Shown here: in pieces, positions 23,614-36,906 of the stretch
Position numbering within the stretch: position 1 is the first letter of the stretch
Layout of the letters: the number at the start of each line of letters is the position of its first letter
DNA from: Octopus sinensis
Taxonomy: Eukaryota
Length of the DNA: 64,000 bases
Direction: 5' to 3'
NCBI RefSeq assembly: GCF_006345805.1
Contig: NC_043021.1
Coordinates: 6,820,001 to 6,884,000 of the forward strand
Made by a program: the position numbers and the translations under genes
Notes under the pieces: model-generated
Seen by the model: the letters and a program-made list of their open reading frames with translations, nothing else
Databases searched by the model: none
Told to the model about the DNA's origin: nothing

Positions 23614-24143
23614 ATATCTAATGTAGGATAATTTTTTTTTTTTTTTCGAAGTATCTCATTTATTTCTTTTGCCACATGTATCACTGATGAAGGGAGGGTT
23701 GTTATGAGGTAACCCTGAAATCGGTCCGATATGGTAATAATGGAATTTTTTAGAAATTTCTGTCGACCTTTTTTCGAGTAGCGTGCGTATTGTGAAAAAA
23801 TTATATGGTTAATGGACAATATGTCCAATTTTTCGGCATATTTGGCATTAGAAATTTTTTCGTTTGCCCTTATTAATGAATTGTATATATATATATATAT
23901 ATATATGTTAATAAAATAGAACATATGCATATATATAAACATATATGTACGTACCTACCTCTACATGTACATATACACGCATATATGTGTACAGGACACC
24001 AAAAAGACGTCGAACACATAGAGAGACGAAACACATAGACACAAACCAAGGAACAAGACAAGCAAAAAAAAGAGAGAGATACAGGAATATATATATATAT
24101 ATATATATAATATATATATATATAATATATATATATATACATA

Positions 24144-24178
<35 letters not shown>

Positions 24179-24681
24179 TTACACATGTGTGTGTGTGTGT
24201 GTGTGATGGAGTGTGGCTACCCACTAAACTACACCTTCTAGCATAACAATAAAATCAACATCGTCTGGTTGAGCTTGCTCAGTCATTTTTAACCCACACA
24301 TGTGGGATGAGCTTCTGGGGTTAATGTGACTCATGGAATGTCTTCCAACTGCCAATTTCTCATTTATGGTCATAGGTCATAGGTCATATAGTCGATTGCA
24401 GTGTCAGTCAAACTGACAGGTTTCCTAGACCAAGATTCATAAAAGTGTCATTTATTCTGCAAAGTAGGAAGAAATCCTATGACAAGGTATTTTTTTATGT
24501 TTTGCATTTCATTCCCGACTACCATCCTGCTTTTCAATAATAGAGTAATTTCTGCCCTTCTCAGGGTTTCAGGCTATCACTGTGATCCTGGCAGAGTGGC
24601 TAACAGGTGCTATGCATTGCCAAGGGGCAATCTTGGGCCACTTGATGTTGTTCAGGATTTCTTATTGAATATTTGCAACTA

Positions 24682-25018
24682 AAAAGAGCCCCTTCGGTCA
24701 TGAATGACCACGGGATTGCATGTAGAAAGTTCCCCTCCGAGGAATAAGTCTGGGCAAGGTTGTTTATGGAAGGCCAGCGGTCACTCATACATACTAGCCT
24801 CACCTCTTCATGCCCTCTGATGTTATCCAAGGGAAAGGCAAAGGCCGATACAGCTTGGCGCCTGTGATGTCGCTACTCGTTTCTACAGCTGGGTGAAACC
24901 GGAGCAACGTGAAATAAAGTGTCTTGCTCAAGAACACAACACACACCCCTGTCCAGGAATTGAACTCACTCCTTCGTGATCATGAGCCCAACACTCTAAC
25001 CACTGAGCCATGCGCCTT
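24682..25018 (-). mobile_element. SINE-D head with tail type T2
   Basis: Head GGCGCATGGCTCAGTGGTTAGAGTG; tail ending GGTCATTCATGACCGAAGGGGCTC. Confidence 0.85.
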
Positions 25019-25582
25019 AGAAGCCATTCCCCTATCCTCAAACTAGGGATCTCAATTGATGGATGATTTCATCACCACCCCATAAACAACAACAACAACA
25101 AAACAGACAAACAACAACAACCTGAAATAAAGTGCTTCAGCACAATTTCCATGAACAGAATTTCGTTCACAAGGCACCATAGCCAAAGCCTGAATCACTT
25201 GCTCCAAAATGCCACATTATTGAATTGTACGTGGGACAGCATGGCTGTGTAGCAAATTTAACTATACAGTCATGCATTCAGCAATAAAATGTATTCGTTG
25301 TTGGTTAAATATTTTTAAATCCCACACATATTTTCTTTTCTTCTTTAACTTTTGGTGGTGGTGGTGAGGGGGGCAGATTCCGGATTTCAGTGGGGTATGT
25401 CATGTAGAAAGCAGCCAATGAAAAAAAACAAAAAACTTCTACATAAACCAGTTGACCTAGTAATTCACCAAAGCAGATATAAAATCCAATTATGTTTACT
25501 AGAAAGAGTCTTAGAGATATTGTCAAGCCCACATCGTATGTTACACAGAAAGTTATCTCCTATACTTATACATACAGCCATA

Positions 25583-25624
<42 letters not shown>

Positions 25625-26292
25625 TGTACATGCATACATACACATCTGCTCACATACATGCACACATATACACACATACATTTCTATCTATTTATATGCA
25701 TAAGTTTGTGCATGTGTTTTTTCTATATACTTAACTTACATAGATATATATTAAATATGTATGTGATATAATATAAGGTAATATAGTATAAATATTGTGT
25801 AGATTTACTAAACACACAGGCATACAGTATTGCTTTTTCATATATCATTCATGTATATACATGCATGTAATATTAATTTGCTATACATTCTGACATACAA
25901 GGCGTATATCAGTAGTGCAAGAATATGATAGCTATTTACTACACACATGTGCACACAAACACACATACACATACACACATGCACACATGCATGCACATGT
26001 AATAACATTGATTTGCTATAAACCTATAAATATCTACTGTATACATACAAGAATACTATTTCATATACACAAACACATACACCATTAAATTACTATATAC
26101 ATACATGTATTTGGTCATCCCATAAATAATGCTGTTTATTTCAATTGCTTGAACTAAAAGTCGGAAGGGGACGGGATAAACTACCTGCATCAACTTGCTA
26201 TAAAAGCAGGTAGTAATTTTACCTTGCTCTTATTCTTAGTGCAAGTTTCAAAGAGTGCAGTTCGATTTTAACAGTTATTTTTCAAAGCTATA

Positions 26293-27510
26293 ATGGAAGT
26301 TACAGAGGAGCATATTTGGCATATTTGGCATATTTTGCTTTGTGAGTTCAATAGAGGCAACAATGCAACAGAAAGTGTGAGAAATATTAATGCAGTATAT
26401 GGGGATCAGACAATAAACATAAGCCAATATCAATGGTGGTTTCAAAAATTCTGAGCTAGAAACTACAGCCTAAAAGATGAGCCTCGTCCTGAAAGATCTG
26501 TAGAGCTCAACGAGGATGTCCTGCAAACCCTGGTGGAACAAAATCCAATTGTTACTGTTGAGGAAAAAGCAGAGAAAAGTCAGTAAATTGAGTCAATGGG
26601 TTCCTTACAAATTTTCCAAATCTAATCACGTGCAGACAGTGAATGTGTGCTCTTCTTTGCAGTCACGTCCCAAAAATGAACCTCTTTTGTACCGAACAGT
26701 GACTGGTGATGAGAAATGGGTTCTCTATAAGAATGCCAAGTACCAAAGACTGGGTAGGGAAAGGAGAAACACCGGCACCTCAGGCTAAAGAAGGTCTTCA
26801 CCCACATAAGGTGTTGTTATCTGTTTGGTGGGATATGAAAGGTTTAGCCCACTTTGAACTTTTAACCCTTTAGTGTTTAAACCAGCCATATCCCGCCCAA
26901 ATATTCTAAATGTTTTATATTCAAACTGGCGATATCTAGTTTCTCACACTTAACCTACAATGTCATGCTAAAATTAAACAATCACCTCACTGAAGCCTCA
27001 AAGCTATAAGATAATTCAAATTATTAATGCATGATTAATTCAAAACAATTTGAGTGAAAAAGTATTATATTTAACAGAGTATTCTGAGTACTAAAGGGTT
27101 AAACTCAAACCAAACAATAACAAAGGAGATCTACTGTAAGCAGCTTGAGTGGCTTAAGTCAGCACTAGAAGAACAACGACCATCTTTGGTTTCAAGACAA
27201 AAGGTGTTCTTCCATCAGGATAATGCTCGGCCACATGCAGCAAGGATGACATTCCAAAGGCTGGAGCAATTTGAATGGGAAACAATGCCCTACCCACCAT
27301 ATTCGCTGGACATTTCCCCCAACTGATTATCATTTATTCTGCAGTCTTCAAAATCATTTGGACGGAAAACAATATGAATTTAGTAAATGAGATCAGAACA
27401 GTACTGGAGGGGTATTTTTCATCATGGACAAGTGAATTTTAGAAGAGGGGCCTTGCATGTCTATATGGGAGAGCATTGTAGAAAATGAAGGAGAATATAT
27501 TTTAGATTAA
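26293..27510 (+). pseudogene. Mariner transposase pseudogene
   Basis: HILLCEFNRG helix-turn-helix region, WVPY, TGDEKW, HQDNARPH, PYSLDISPTDYHLF with D-34-D spacing; stops, frameshifts and a MITE insertion. Confidence 0.92.
26862..27102. mobile_element. TTAA (piggyBac-type) MITE family G nested in the mariner
   Basis: TTAA-CCCTTTAGT...ACTAAAGGG-TTAA; removing it restores HFELLNSNQTITKEIYCKQL. Confidence 0.9.
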
Positions 27511-27865
27511 AAAAGAACTTTATTTATCTTAATTTTGTAAAATTAAAAGAAGTATAAAAAACCCGCATTATTTGTGGGATGACCCAATATATAGTAACGG
27601 TGATGCCCCAGCATGACCATAGCTTTAAAGCTGAAACAAGTTAAAGAGTTATACATATAAATAATAAACACTATAAACATCCTAGGATATAGTTTGATAA
27701 ATCCACACACACAGTGTATAAATATGTATGTATGTGTGTGTGTGTGTGTATATGCATGTATATATGTATTATGTATGTATGTATGTATGTACGTATGCAT
27801 GTTTGTAAGTTAACACGTGTATATAGGAAATTGTTCTGAACTATATATATATATGTGTGTGTATG

Positions 27866-27910
<45 letters not shown>

Positions 27911-28228
27911 TTATTTACGTACAATATTAGCTTTTACACCTATATGTGTAATATTAAATAAGGAAGTAAATTTCTTAAGACAGTTTTTTTTTTACATTTG
28001 CTTTCCTATGATCTCTGCAACCTACCTTATCTCTCTCTTTCTCTATCACTCCCTCTCCCCACTCTCTTTCTCCCTCTCTCCCACCCCTTCTTTTTCTCTC
28101 TTCACCTCTTCCTCTTTTTCTTGTTATTACACATACAAATATAATTTATTCAATCACTCCCCTGGATGTAGCTTCTTCTATCTGCTTTGATAATCTAACA
28201 AACACTTTAAAGATATACCTGACTTAAA

Positions 28229-28267
28229 ATGTCGGACTCAGAATTCCGGTTAAACTTAGAGATCGCG
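28229..28267 (+). CDS. Candidate alternative first coding exon (MSDSEFRLNLEIA)
   Basis: aaaATG with in-frame TGA at 28220, 13 codons, consensus phase-0 donor GCG|gtaagc compatible with exon 2; unique sequence. No transcript evidence. Confidence 0.3.
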
Positions 28268-28748
28268 GTAAGCAAACAATTTAGCTTTCCTCACTTTTTT
28301 TTCACCTTCTCTCACCGTTTTACATCATTCAGTTTTTATTCTCTCTCGCTCGCTCTCTCTCTCTTTCTCTCTCTCTCTCTTCTTCAAACAAAGTTTGGGA
28401 TAAACAATAGGTAGGACAAGCATAGCTGAAGTTGTTCTTTTCTTAAATACAAAAATAAATGGAAAAGAAGGTTGTGTTTAGCTACAAAATATTTCAGTTC
28501 GGATTGATTTGTTTTACCATTAACGAAAAACAAATATTCACTTTGGAGCCTGGCCCTTTATTTGTCAGAGACAAAAAAAAAAAAAAAAAAAAATTTGCTT
28601 CCTTTCTTTTCCCAAATTTCAGACATAGAGACAAACCTTCAAAATATATCCTTTTTATATTCAAAACTTCACATAACTACTATTTCCCTGAACTTTCTTT
28701 CCTGATGAAAACATGCATTAGGAACTCTACCAACCATTACTAGTTCAT

Positions 28749-28982
28749 TTAGGTGGCGAGCTGGCAGAAACGTTAGCGCCTCGAGCAAAATGCTTAGCGG
28801 TATTTCGTCTGCCGCTACATTCTGAGTTCGAATTCCGCCGAGGTCAACTTTGCCTTTCATCCTTTCGGGGTCGATAAATAAAGTACCAGTTACGCACTGG
28901 GGTCGATGTCATCGACTTAATCCGTCTGTCTGTCCTTGTTTGTCTCCTCTATGTTTAGCCCCTTGTGGGCAATAAAGAAATA
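28749..28982 (+). mobile_element. SINE-A monomer
   Basis: TSD ATTACTAGTTCAT at 28736-28748 and 28983-28995. Confidence 0.92.
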
Positions 28983-29349
28983 ATTACTAGTTCATATTGT
29001 ACCAAATTCTGTTTACTCTCATATTGGCCCAAATATTTATTAGTGAGTAATGTACCAACCTCTGTTAGTATATGCCATCTTTTATTTTTTTACTTGTTTC
29101 GGTCATTAGACTTGCAGCCATACTGGAGCACCACCTTGAAAAATTTTTAGTTGAATGAATGAATCGACCCCCACCCCACCCCAGTACTTGTTTTGTTGTT
29201 GTTTTTTTATTTTTAAAAGCCTGATACTTATTCTATCAATCTCTTTTGCTGAATTACTAAGTTACATGGATGTAAACATATCAACACTTGTCAAGTGGTG
29301 ATGTGGACAAACACAGACTCAAAGACACAAACATACATATGTGTGTATG

Positions 29350-29406
<57 letters not shown>

Positions 29407-29618
29407 CATATATATTATTAAGACAATGAACTAAATTCCCTTAAGGGATGTGAGAGTCCTAGTTCTCTGGGTTATACCAGAGTTCATTTTCTCATTCATA
29501 TATACACACATATATAATATATATATATTAAAGTTAGATAAGGGTGGTTTCTAACTTTAATATATACTGCTCTATAACTTACAGTACACTTCTTTTTTCG
29601 GATTTATGTAAACAGATG

Positions 29619-29700
<82 letters not shown>

Positions 29701-29885
29701 AGTAAATAAATGGAGTTTATTAACTTATACTATACAAATTGCTGCACATTAACCCAGAGTTTCTACCTTTGAATAGGTCGCTACATCCTTGTTACTTGTG
29801 TGAATTTTGCTACCCTGGTAACAGTTTATTGAATTTTCCGTGTTAACTGTAAACAAAGCATAATTCATTCATCCCTTTATATATA

Positions 29886-29934
<49 letters not shown>

Positions 29935-30048
29935 AAGACCAGCTATTGGGGTCTGACAAGACATATGTAAAGCCAAGCATTTTATGGACGCAAAATCTTG
30001 GAAACCCTATGAACCAGCCATAACTATCTTTAAATATATATATATATT

Positions 30049-30272
30049 TCTTTACTACCCACAAGGGGCTAAACACAGAGGGGACAAACAAGGACAGACA
30101 AAGGGATTAAGTTGACTACATCAACCTCAGTGCGTAACTGGTACTTAATTTATCGACCCCGAAAGGATGAAAGGCAAAGTTGACCTCGGCAGAATTTGAA
30201 CTCGGAACGTAACGACAGATGAAGTACGGCTACGAATTTAGCCCGGCGTGCTAACGTTTCTACCAGCTCGCC
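30049..30272 (-). mobile_element. SINE-A monomer
   Basis: Family sequence. Confidence 0.88.
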
Positions 30273-30811
30273 GTGAAAGAATCCCATGCTATATATATAT
30301 ATATATATATAGATATATAGGATGGGCTTTTTTCACTTTCCATCACAAGCCTTTGGTCAGGCGAATCTATAGTAGAAGACACAGGCCCAAGGTATCATGC
30401 AGTGGGACTGCATCTGGTATGCCCACAACACCAGCTGCAGTCTGTATATAATATACATACTGTTGTAGTCAAAGTACTCTTCATCTAGTTTCTCTCAATG
30501 ATTTGTAGTCATTTTATTTTCTAACCAACTGCAACACAGTGTGGCTTTAATACTTAACCGATGAGAAGGCTGGGACAAATTTTGTCTTGATAGTTACTTA
30601 GGGGTATTTATTGATAAATTAACTATCAAGTACTATGTATTAATTCAATCCACTTCTCTCTCTCTCTTTCAACTGGTGACCTTGTGCTTTTATTGTCAAA
30701 GCCAGTATTACCTTTCACTTCCTTCCCTTGTGGTGCAGGGAATGATAAATTAAGTTGCTGTCAAAAACAATGCAGTGACTTGTCCCCGGGGGCCACAGAA
30801 ATATGTTACAG

Positions 30812-31170
30812 GCATGGCTGCATGGTTAAAGAGTTTGCTTTTCAACCACATGGTTCCAGGTTCAGTCCCACTGCATAGCAACTTGGGCAAGTATCTTCAA
30901 GTATAAGCTCTGGATTGACCGAGAGCCTTGTGATTGGATTTTGTAGGCGGAAACTGAAAGAAGCCTGTAGTGTGTGTGTGTGTGTGCATGAGCATGTGTG
31001 TCACCTTGACATGTCATTGTGGGATTGTTGTAAACAAATGTCATTTATTTCCAAAATTTTGCAAAAACACTATCTTGCTTGGAGAGAGGTGAGGGTTGGC
31101 AACAAAGTGTAGAAAATCTGTCTCAATAAACTCCTTCTGACCCATGCAAGCACAGAAAAGTGGATGTTAA
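30812..31170 (+). mobile_element. Old SINE with B head and E-like tail
   Basis: B head and core, then GGTTGGCAAC...ACCCATGCAAGC...GGATGTTAA. Confidence 0.6.
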
Positions 31171-31367
31171 GCTGTGGGAATGGGGGTGATGTTATGCCTG
31201 TAAGCTATCCTGTTCCATTTGTGGACCTGCCTAGCAATGATTGAGATTCGTATGTTTTATATATATATATATATATATATACTTTGATACTTTGATAGGT
31301 TTCGGCCATTATTGGCCCAGGCCATGTCTAACTTAATAGCACCACCTGGTATTAATAGCACCACCTG

Positions 31368-31404
<37 letters not shown>

Positions 31405-31419
<15 letters not shown>

Positions 31420-31681
31420 CAAAATGGGACAAGAACACAAAAACATCTGGACAGCTAGGTGATACAAAAAGGGACAACAAAACATCCAGATAGACAATAC
31501 AAAAAAAACAAGGACTGGTCATTCGAAGCCCTCTATCCTCAGTCAAGCACCAGATTATCGTCGCAATTTCGGCTGATTATTCTTGCGATTGCTCCAATCT
31601 GGCCAGCCCCAAGAAAAAAATAAGCTAAGAGCATTGGAGCAATTTCAAGAATAATCAGCCGAAATTGCGACAATAATCTGG
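31405..31681. mobile_element. Repeat fragment next to an (AT)n tract, ending in a 49-bp snap-back inverted repeat
   Basis: Arms 31550-31598 and 31633-31681, 46/49 complementary. Confidence 0.7.
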
Positions 31682-31700
31682 ATCAGCAAGATTGATACCA

Positions 31701-31928
31701 TTAACCCTTTTGATACCAACCCGGCTGAAACCGGCTCTGGCACTGAGCACAAATGTCTTGTTTTTATAAGTTTTAAATTAAAATCTTCCATCAAACCTTA
31801 GTCACAATTTATGTTCCTAACTCTAGCTGAATGATAACTAAGTTATTTTACTAAATTCTTTGTTATATTTAAAGTAATTGAAAGAAACACAGAGCATCTC
31901 GAAATAAATACAGTAACGAAAGGGTTAA
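31701..31928 (-). mobile_element. MITE family F monomer
   Basis: 228 bp including the TTAA duplications; reverse complement of the array unit plus its 5' part. Confidence 0.9.
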
Positions 31929-32049
31929 TGTTGTCTTTGAGTGGGAAACATATGAGCAAAGGGGGGGAATTCAGAGGACCAATATTTTGGGAAGGAAGGA
32001 CTGGACAATAATTAGTGAGGGGCCTAGGGGGTTAAGCACAATAAAAGTG

Positions 32050-32385
32050 ATGAGAGAAGGTAAGACATATAAGTTGGGAATGCTTGAGTGAGGTGGCATG
32101 AGTCCAGAAGTAGAGGCCATTATAGTATCAGTTCAAAAAGTAGAGAGAGGAGGCTGCACACCTGTGGTGTAGGGGTTAGAGCACGGCTGGAGAGCGACTT
32201 TATGTCAGTCATTCAGAGGGTTCTTTTTAAGGGTTTTGGATGCAGTCTAACATGTCTGTATATTCTACCATGGCACTGTGCAGATGTGAGTGCAATACTT
32301 CATTATAGTCCTCGCTTAGGCTTTGCAAGGCAGCGATAATTGTTTGAGATATGTTCTGGCCCTGAAGAGAAGGACCAGCCGGGGG
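32050..32385 (-). pseudogene. Decayed L2/CR1-group LINE ORF2 C-terminal fragment
   Basis: LLFRARTY...CKA*ARTIMKYCTHI, similar to the LLFRxRKYF...YKAQxRPxxEYCSHIW motif; many stops. Confidence 0.6.
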
Positions 32386-32525
32386 TTCTAGTCAGGGCCA
32401 GATTAAGTCCCATAGAGGCCCTAAAACACTTAAAAGATTTTGGTTCCCCCATATGTATATGTAATTCGAAATATAAACAATAATAAACCTTAAAACAAAT
32501 TTATATTTTTCTTAATTAAACAAAA

Positions 32526-32700
32526 CGCAGGAGTGGCTGTGTGGTAAGTAGCTTGCTTACCAACCTATGGTTCTAGGTTCAGTCCCACTGCGTGGCAGCT
32601 TGGGCAGCCAACCAAAGCTTTATGAGTGGATTTGGTAGACGGAAACTGAAAGAAGCCCATCGTGTGTGTGTATGTGTGTGCATGCGTGTGTTTGTGTGTG

Positions 32701-32746
<46 letters not shown>

Positions 32747-32945
32747 TCCTCCAACATCGCTTGTCAACTGATGCTGGTGTGTTTACGTCCCTGTAACTTA
32801 GCAGTTCAGCAAAAGAGACCGATAGAATAAGTACTAGGCTTACAAAGACTAAGTCCTGGTGTTGATTTGCTCGACTAAAAGGCGGTGTTCCAGCATAGCC
32901 GCAATCAAATGACTGAAACAAGTAAAAGACTAAAAGAATAAGACT
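32526..32945 (+). mobile_element. SINE-B, near full length
   Basis: Family motifs. Confidence 0.88.
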
Positions 32946-33430
32946 AACAGTAAGATGGGAAATAATGCTTATTTCTGGATACTTCCATTTCATTTATATT
33001 TGGTAAGTTTTCCCCTAATTCTTTTGATCAGACCCTCACTATGACACCATAAACACTTTGAAATTATATTTCCTATCATATAGATCACTTTGAATATTCT
33101 TTTAGCAAGTTTAAAGTGATTTCTTTTGTGCTGTAAACCATCTACCATTTCTTTGGTACCCTCCTTCCCTTGATGCTCTAAGCACATGCTTATTTTACTT
33201 AAAGGTTTATCCAGCACTGATCCTAGTTAGGATGTGCTTTTGGCATGGGTGATCCTTGGTTATAGTAAGATCCATTTAAAAATCAATGTCTGTTGGAAAG
33301 AAAATTGGGCAGGGAAAAGAGATATACCAGAGAGTTGGTGCTCTGCAGAGGAAAAGTTGGTTTTAAAAATATGTTGCTGATATGAAGATGTGAAACTCAT
33401 TACAAAAAAATATAACATAAGACTTTGGAA

Positions 33431-33690
33431 TCATCATCATCATCATCATCGTTGTCCTTTAACGTCCATTTACCATGCTGGCATGGGTTGGACAGTTTGA
33501 CCAGACTTTGCAAGCAGGAGAGCTGCACCAGGTTCTAGTCAGATTTGGTTTGGGTTCTACAACTGGATGTCCTTCCAAATGCCAACCACTTTACGGTGTG
33601 TGCTAGGTGATTTTTAACATGCCACCAGCATGAGCACTTTTACACTGTGCCAAAACAAGTGCTTTTCACGTGGCACTGACACAAGACATT
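33431..33690 (-). mobile_element. SINE-E, degenerate
   Basis: (CAT)n ... ttaacgtcc tail. Confidence 0.7.
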
Positions 33691-33822
33691 TACAGGCCAA
33701 TCTTCTTCAGTTTTGGGATATTTGGATGTTTGAAAGTTTGACTACATGTCAGTATTTCTCATTATGAATTAATCTATTTAGAACTGCATTATCTAATGTA
33801 TCCTATTTTTTATTCAGACATA

Positions 33823-34234
33823 GGCACAGGAGTGGCTGTGTGGTAAGTAGCTTGCTTACCAACCACATGGTTCCCGGTTCAGTCCCACTGCGTGGCACCT
33901 TGGGCAAGTGTCTTCTACTATAGCCTCAGGCCGACCAAAGCCATGTGAGTGGATTTGGTAGATGGAAACTGAAAGAAGCCCGTCGTATATATATGTATAC
34001 ATATATGTGTGCGTGTATGTTTGTGTGTCTGTGTTTGTCCCCCTAGCATTGCTTGACAACTGATGCTGGTGTGTTTATGTCCCCGTCACTTAGCGGTTCG
34101 GCAAAAAGAGACCAATAGAATAAGTACTGGACTTACAAAGAATAAGTCCCGGGGTCGAGTTGCTCGATTAAAGGCGGTGCTCCAGCATGGCCGCAGTCAA
34201 ATGACTGAAACAAGTGAAATAGTAAAGGGTAAAG
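33823..34234 (+). mobile_element. SINE-B full length
   Basis: Family motifs. Confidence 0.9.
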
Positions 34235-34577
34235 AGTATTATATATCTTGGATTAAACTAGCTAATGTGCCTTCCCACCTGTTTTTTTTTATTCATCCTT
34301 CATAGTCCATTGATCTCCGATGAAGATGGAGTCTGTGTCTCAGCAGTCAGCGATGAGAATGCATGTGGCTCTGCAGCCTAAAGCCAGAAGCACACAGGCA
34401 CCTACCGGTTGGACACAGGTAGTCTGTGGTCAGGACTGAGGATGAAAACTATGTTACACATCAACACTGATAAAAGCCCACAGCCCTTAATATCAGCATG
34501 CTCCGCTCTTCACAGTAATCATCCAATTAACACCCAAAGAAATCTCCTGAAATTACCGATACCAATAGTACTAACAT

Positions 34578-35003
34578 ACTCTCTTTTCACTCTCTCTTTT
34601 ACTCTTTTACTTGTTTCAGTCATTTGACTGCGGCCATGCTGGAGCACCACCTTTAATCGAGCAACTCGACCCCGGGACTTATTATTTGTAAGCCTAGTAC
34701 TTATTCTATCGGTTTCTTTTGCCGAACCACTAGGTGACAGGGGCATAAACACACCAGCATCGGTTGTCAAGCGATGTTGGATGGGACAAACACAGACACA
34801 CAAACATACATGCACACATATATATATATATACATATATACGACGGGCTTCTTTCAGTTTCCGTCTACCAAATCCACTCACAAGGCTTTGGTCAGCCCGA
34901 AGCTATACTAGAAGACACTTGCCCAAGGTGCCAAGCAGTGGGACTGAACCCAGAACCACGTGGTTGGTAAACAAGCTACTTACCACACAGCCACTCCTGC
35001 GCC
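34578..35003 (-). mobile_element. SINE-B full length
   Basis: Family motifs. Confidence 0.9.
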
Positions 35004-35616
35004 TAGACACTAATTCCTTTAGATTCTAGATCTCACCCTGAACTCATACAATTTATCCTTCCTAGCTTTTGCTATGCAGTTGTTTGTGATTGAATAGAGT
35101 TTTGGCTGCTCTTTCTTGCAGCTTGTAAGTGGCTGCATAGAGGTTCCTTTATTGGTGCCTGGTTGAAAAAACAAAAAAAAACCTTTGTTCTTGTGATTGT
35201 AACTAACCATGGAAAGATTAACTATTACAACACATACGACACCTTTCTTATCTTATCTCCTGTCTTATTGTGCTCTACTTTACTGAGGATAACGCCTGTT
35301 CAAATAGCGACCAAATCATTTCTCTTTAATCTATGTATTGAGACTCGGCGACGTACTTATACATATACACATGCACTAGACGTACACACACACACACACT
35401 CGTACGTTCAGAAACACAGGCCTTAAGATAAGATTTGTTGAAAACTATATATTGTATCGAATAAGCTTTCTTTTTCAAAAACTTCTAGCACTTCATGGCT
35501 TTTGAACTACATAGCTTCTCTATGGTTCAACCGACATGCTAAAATAGCATCCGAATTTTCCTCCAAATTACCTTATAATGTCTTAAAAAGGAAAAGGATA
35601 TATTGGACAAAGCAAA

Positions 35617-35777
35617 CATGAGTGGCTGTGCGGTAAGTAGCTTGCTTACCAACCACATGGTTCAGGGTTCAGTCCCATTGCGTGGCACCTTGGGCAAGTG
35701 TCTTCTGCTATAGCCCTGGGCCGACCAAAGCCTTGTGAGTGGATTTAGTAGACGGAAACTGAAAGAAGCCCGTCGTA

Positions 35778-35828
<51 letters not shown>

Positions 35829-36038
35829 TTGTGTGTCTGTGTTTGTCCCCCTAGCATTGCTTGACAACCGATGCTGGTGTGTTTATGTCCCCGTCACTTA
35901 GCGGTTCGGCAAAAGAGACCAATAGAATAAGTACTGGGCTTACAAAGAATAAGTCCTGGGGTCGAGTTGCTCGATTAAAGGCGGTGCTCCAGCATGGCCA
36001 CAGTCAAATGACTGAAACAAGTAAAAGAGTAAAGAGTA
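35617..36038 (+). mobile_element. SINE-B full length
   Basis: Family motifs. Confidence 0.9.
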
Positions 36039-36039
36039 T

Positions 36040-36605
36040 GTTAACCATATAGCCTTTATGTGGATCAATCGACATGCTAGAAATAGCAGCTCAATCGCCC
36101 CTGCCTCCAAATCCCTTTATAGTGTCTTAAAAACGAAAGGACACATTGAATAAAGTGGTTCTAGATACAATATATAATGAAATAAAAACAGACTTGATGG
36201 TCATGATCAGATTGTCTTTTGTGTGTGTGTGTGTGTGTGGCAGCAAAGCTAACTTGTTAACCAGATAGCCTCTATATGGATCGATCGATACGCTAGAAAT
36301 AGCACCCAAATCCCTCCCCTCCCTCTCCGAATTACTATAATGTCTTAAGGAAAGCACACATTGGATATATCATGAAATAAAAACAGACTTGATGGTCATG
36401 ATCAGATTGTCTTTTTTGTGTGTGTGTGTGGCAGCAAAGCTAACTTGTTAACCAGATAGCCTTTATATGGATCGATCGATACGCTAGAAATAGCACCCAA
36501 ATCCCTCCCCCCCACTCCAAATTACTATAATGTCTTAAGGAAAGCACACATTGGATATTTCAAGAAATACAAACAGATTTGATGGTCATGGTTAGATTGT
36601 CTTTG
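36040..36605 (+). repeat. About 3 tandem copies of a 190-195-bp unit of an old dispersed repeat
   Basis: GAAATAAAAACAGACTTGATGGTCATG recurs near 36177, 36372, 36562. Confidence 0.85.
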
Positions 36606-36868
36606 TTTTACAGCCTGCCTGTGTTTACGATTGATACAATCTTTTATACTTCAAATTGTTACAGTCACTAAACTGTGGTCATACTGGAGCATTGATTTGA
36701 AGGGTCTTAGGTCAATCATATCCACCCTGGTACTTACTTCTAAGTTTGGTATTTATTTTATCAGTTTCTGTTTATCACACTGCTATGTTACAGGATATAA
36801 ACCACAATGACAGTGTCTTTTCAAGCAGTGTCAGTATAAAGACAAGCATAGACACACACACACACACA

Positions 36869-36906
<38 letters not shown>

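Larger units (their letters stand above)
26110..27587 (+). mobile_element. Mariner (Tc1/mariner, DD34D) transposon, full length, decayed
   Basis: TIRs TTTGGTCATCCCATAAATAATGC / GCATTATTTGTGGGATGACCCAA (2 mismatches), TA on both sides; ~1.24 kb after removing the nested MITE. Confidence 0.95.

Noticed and set aside
32990-33217. 75-aa minus-strand ORF in unique-looking sequence
   Set aside because: No recognisable motif or convincing splice sites.
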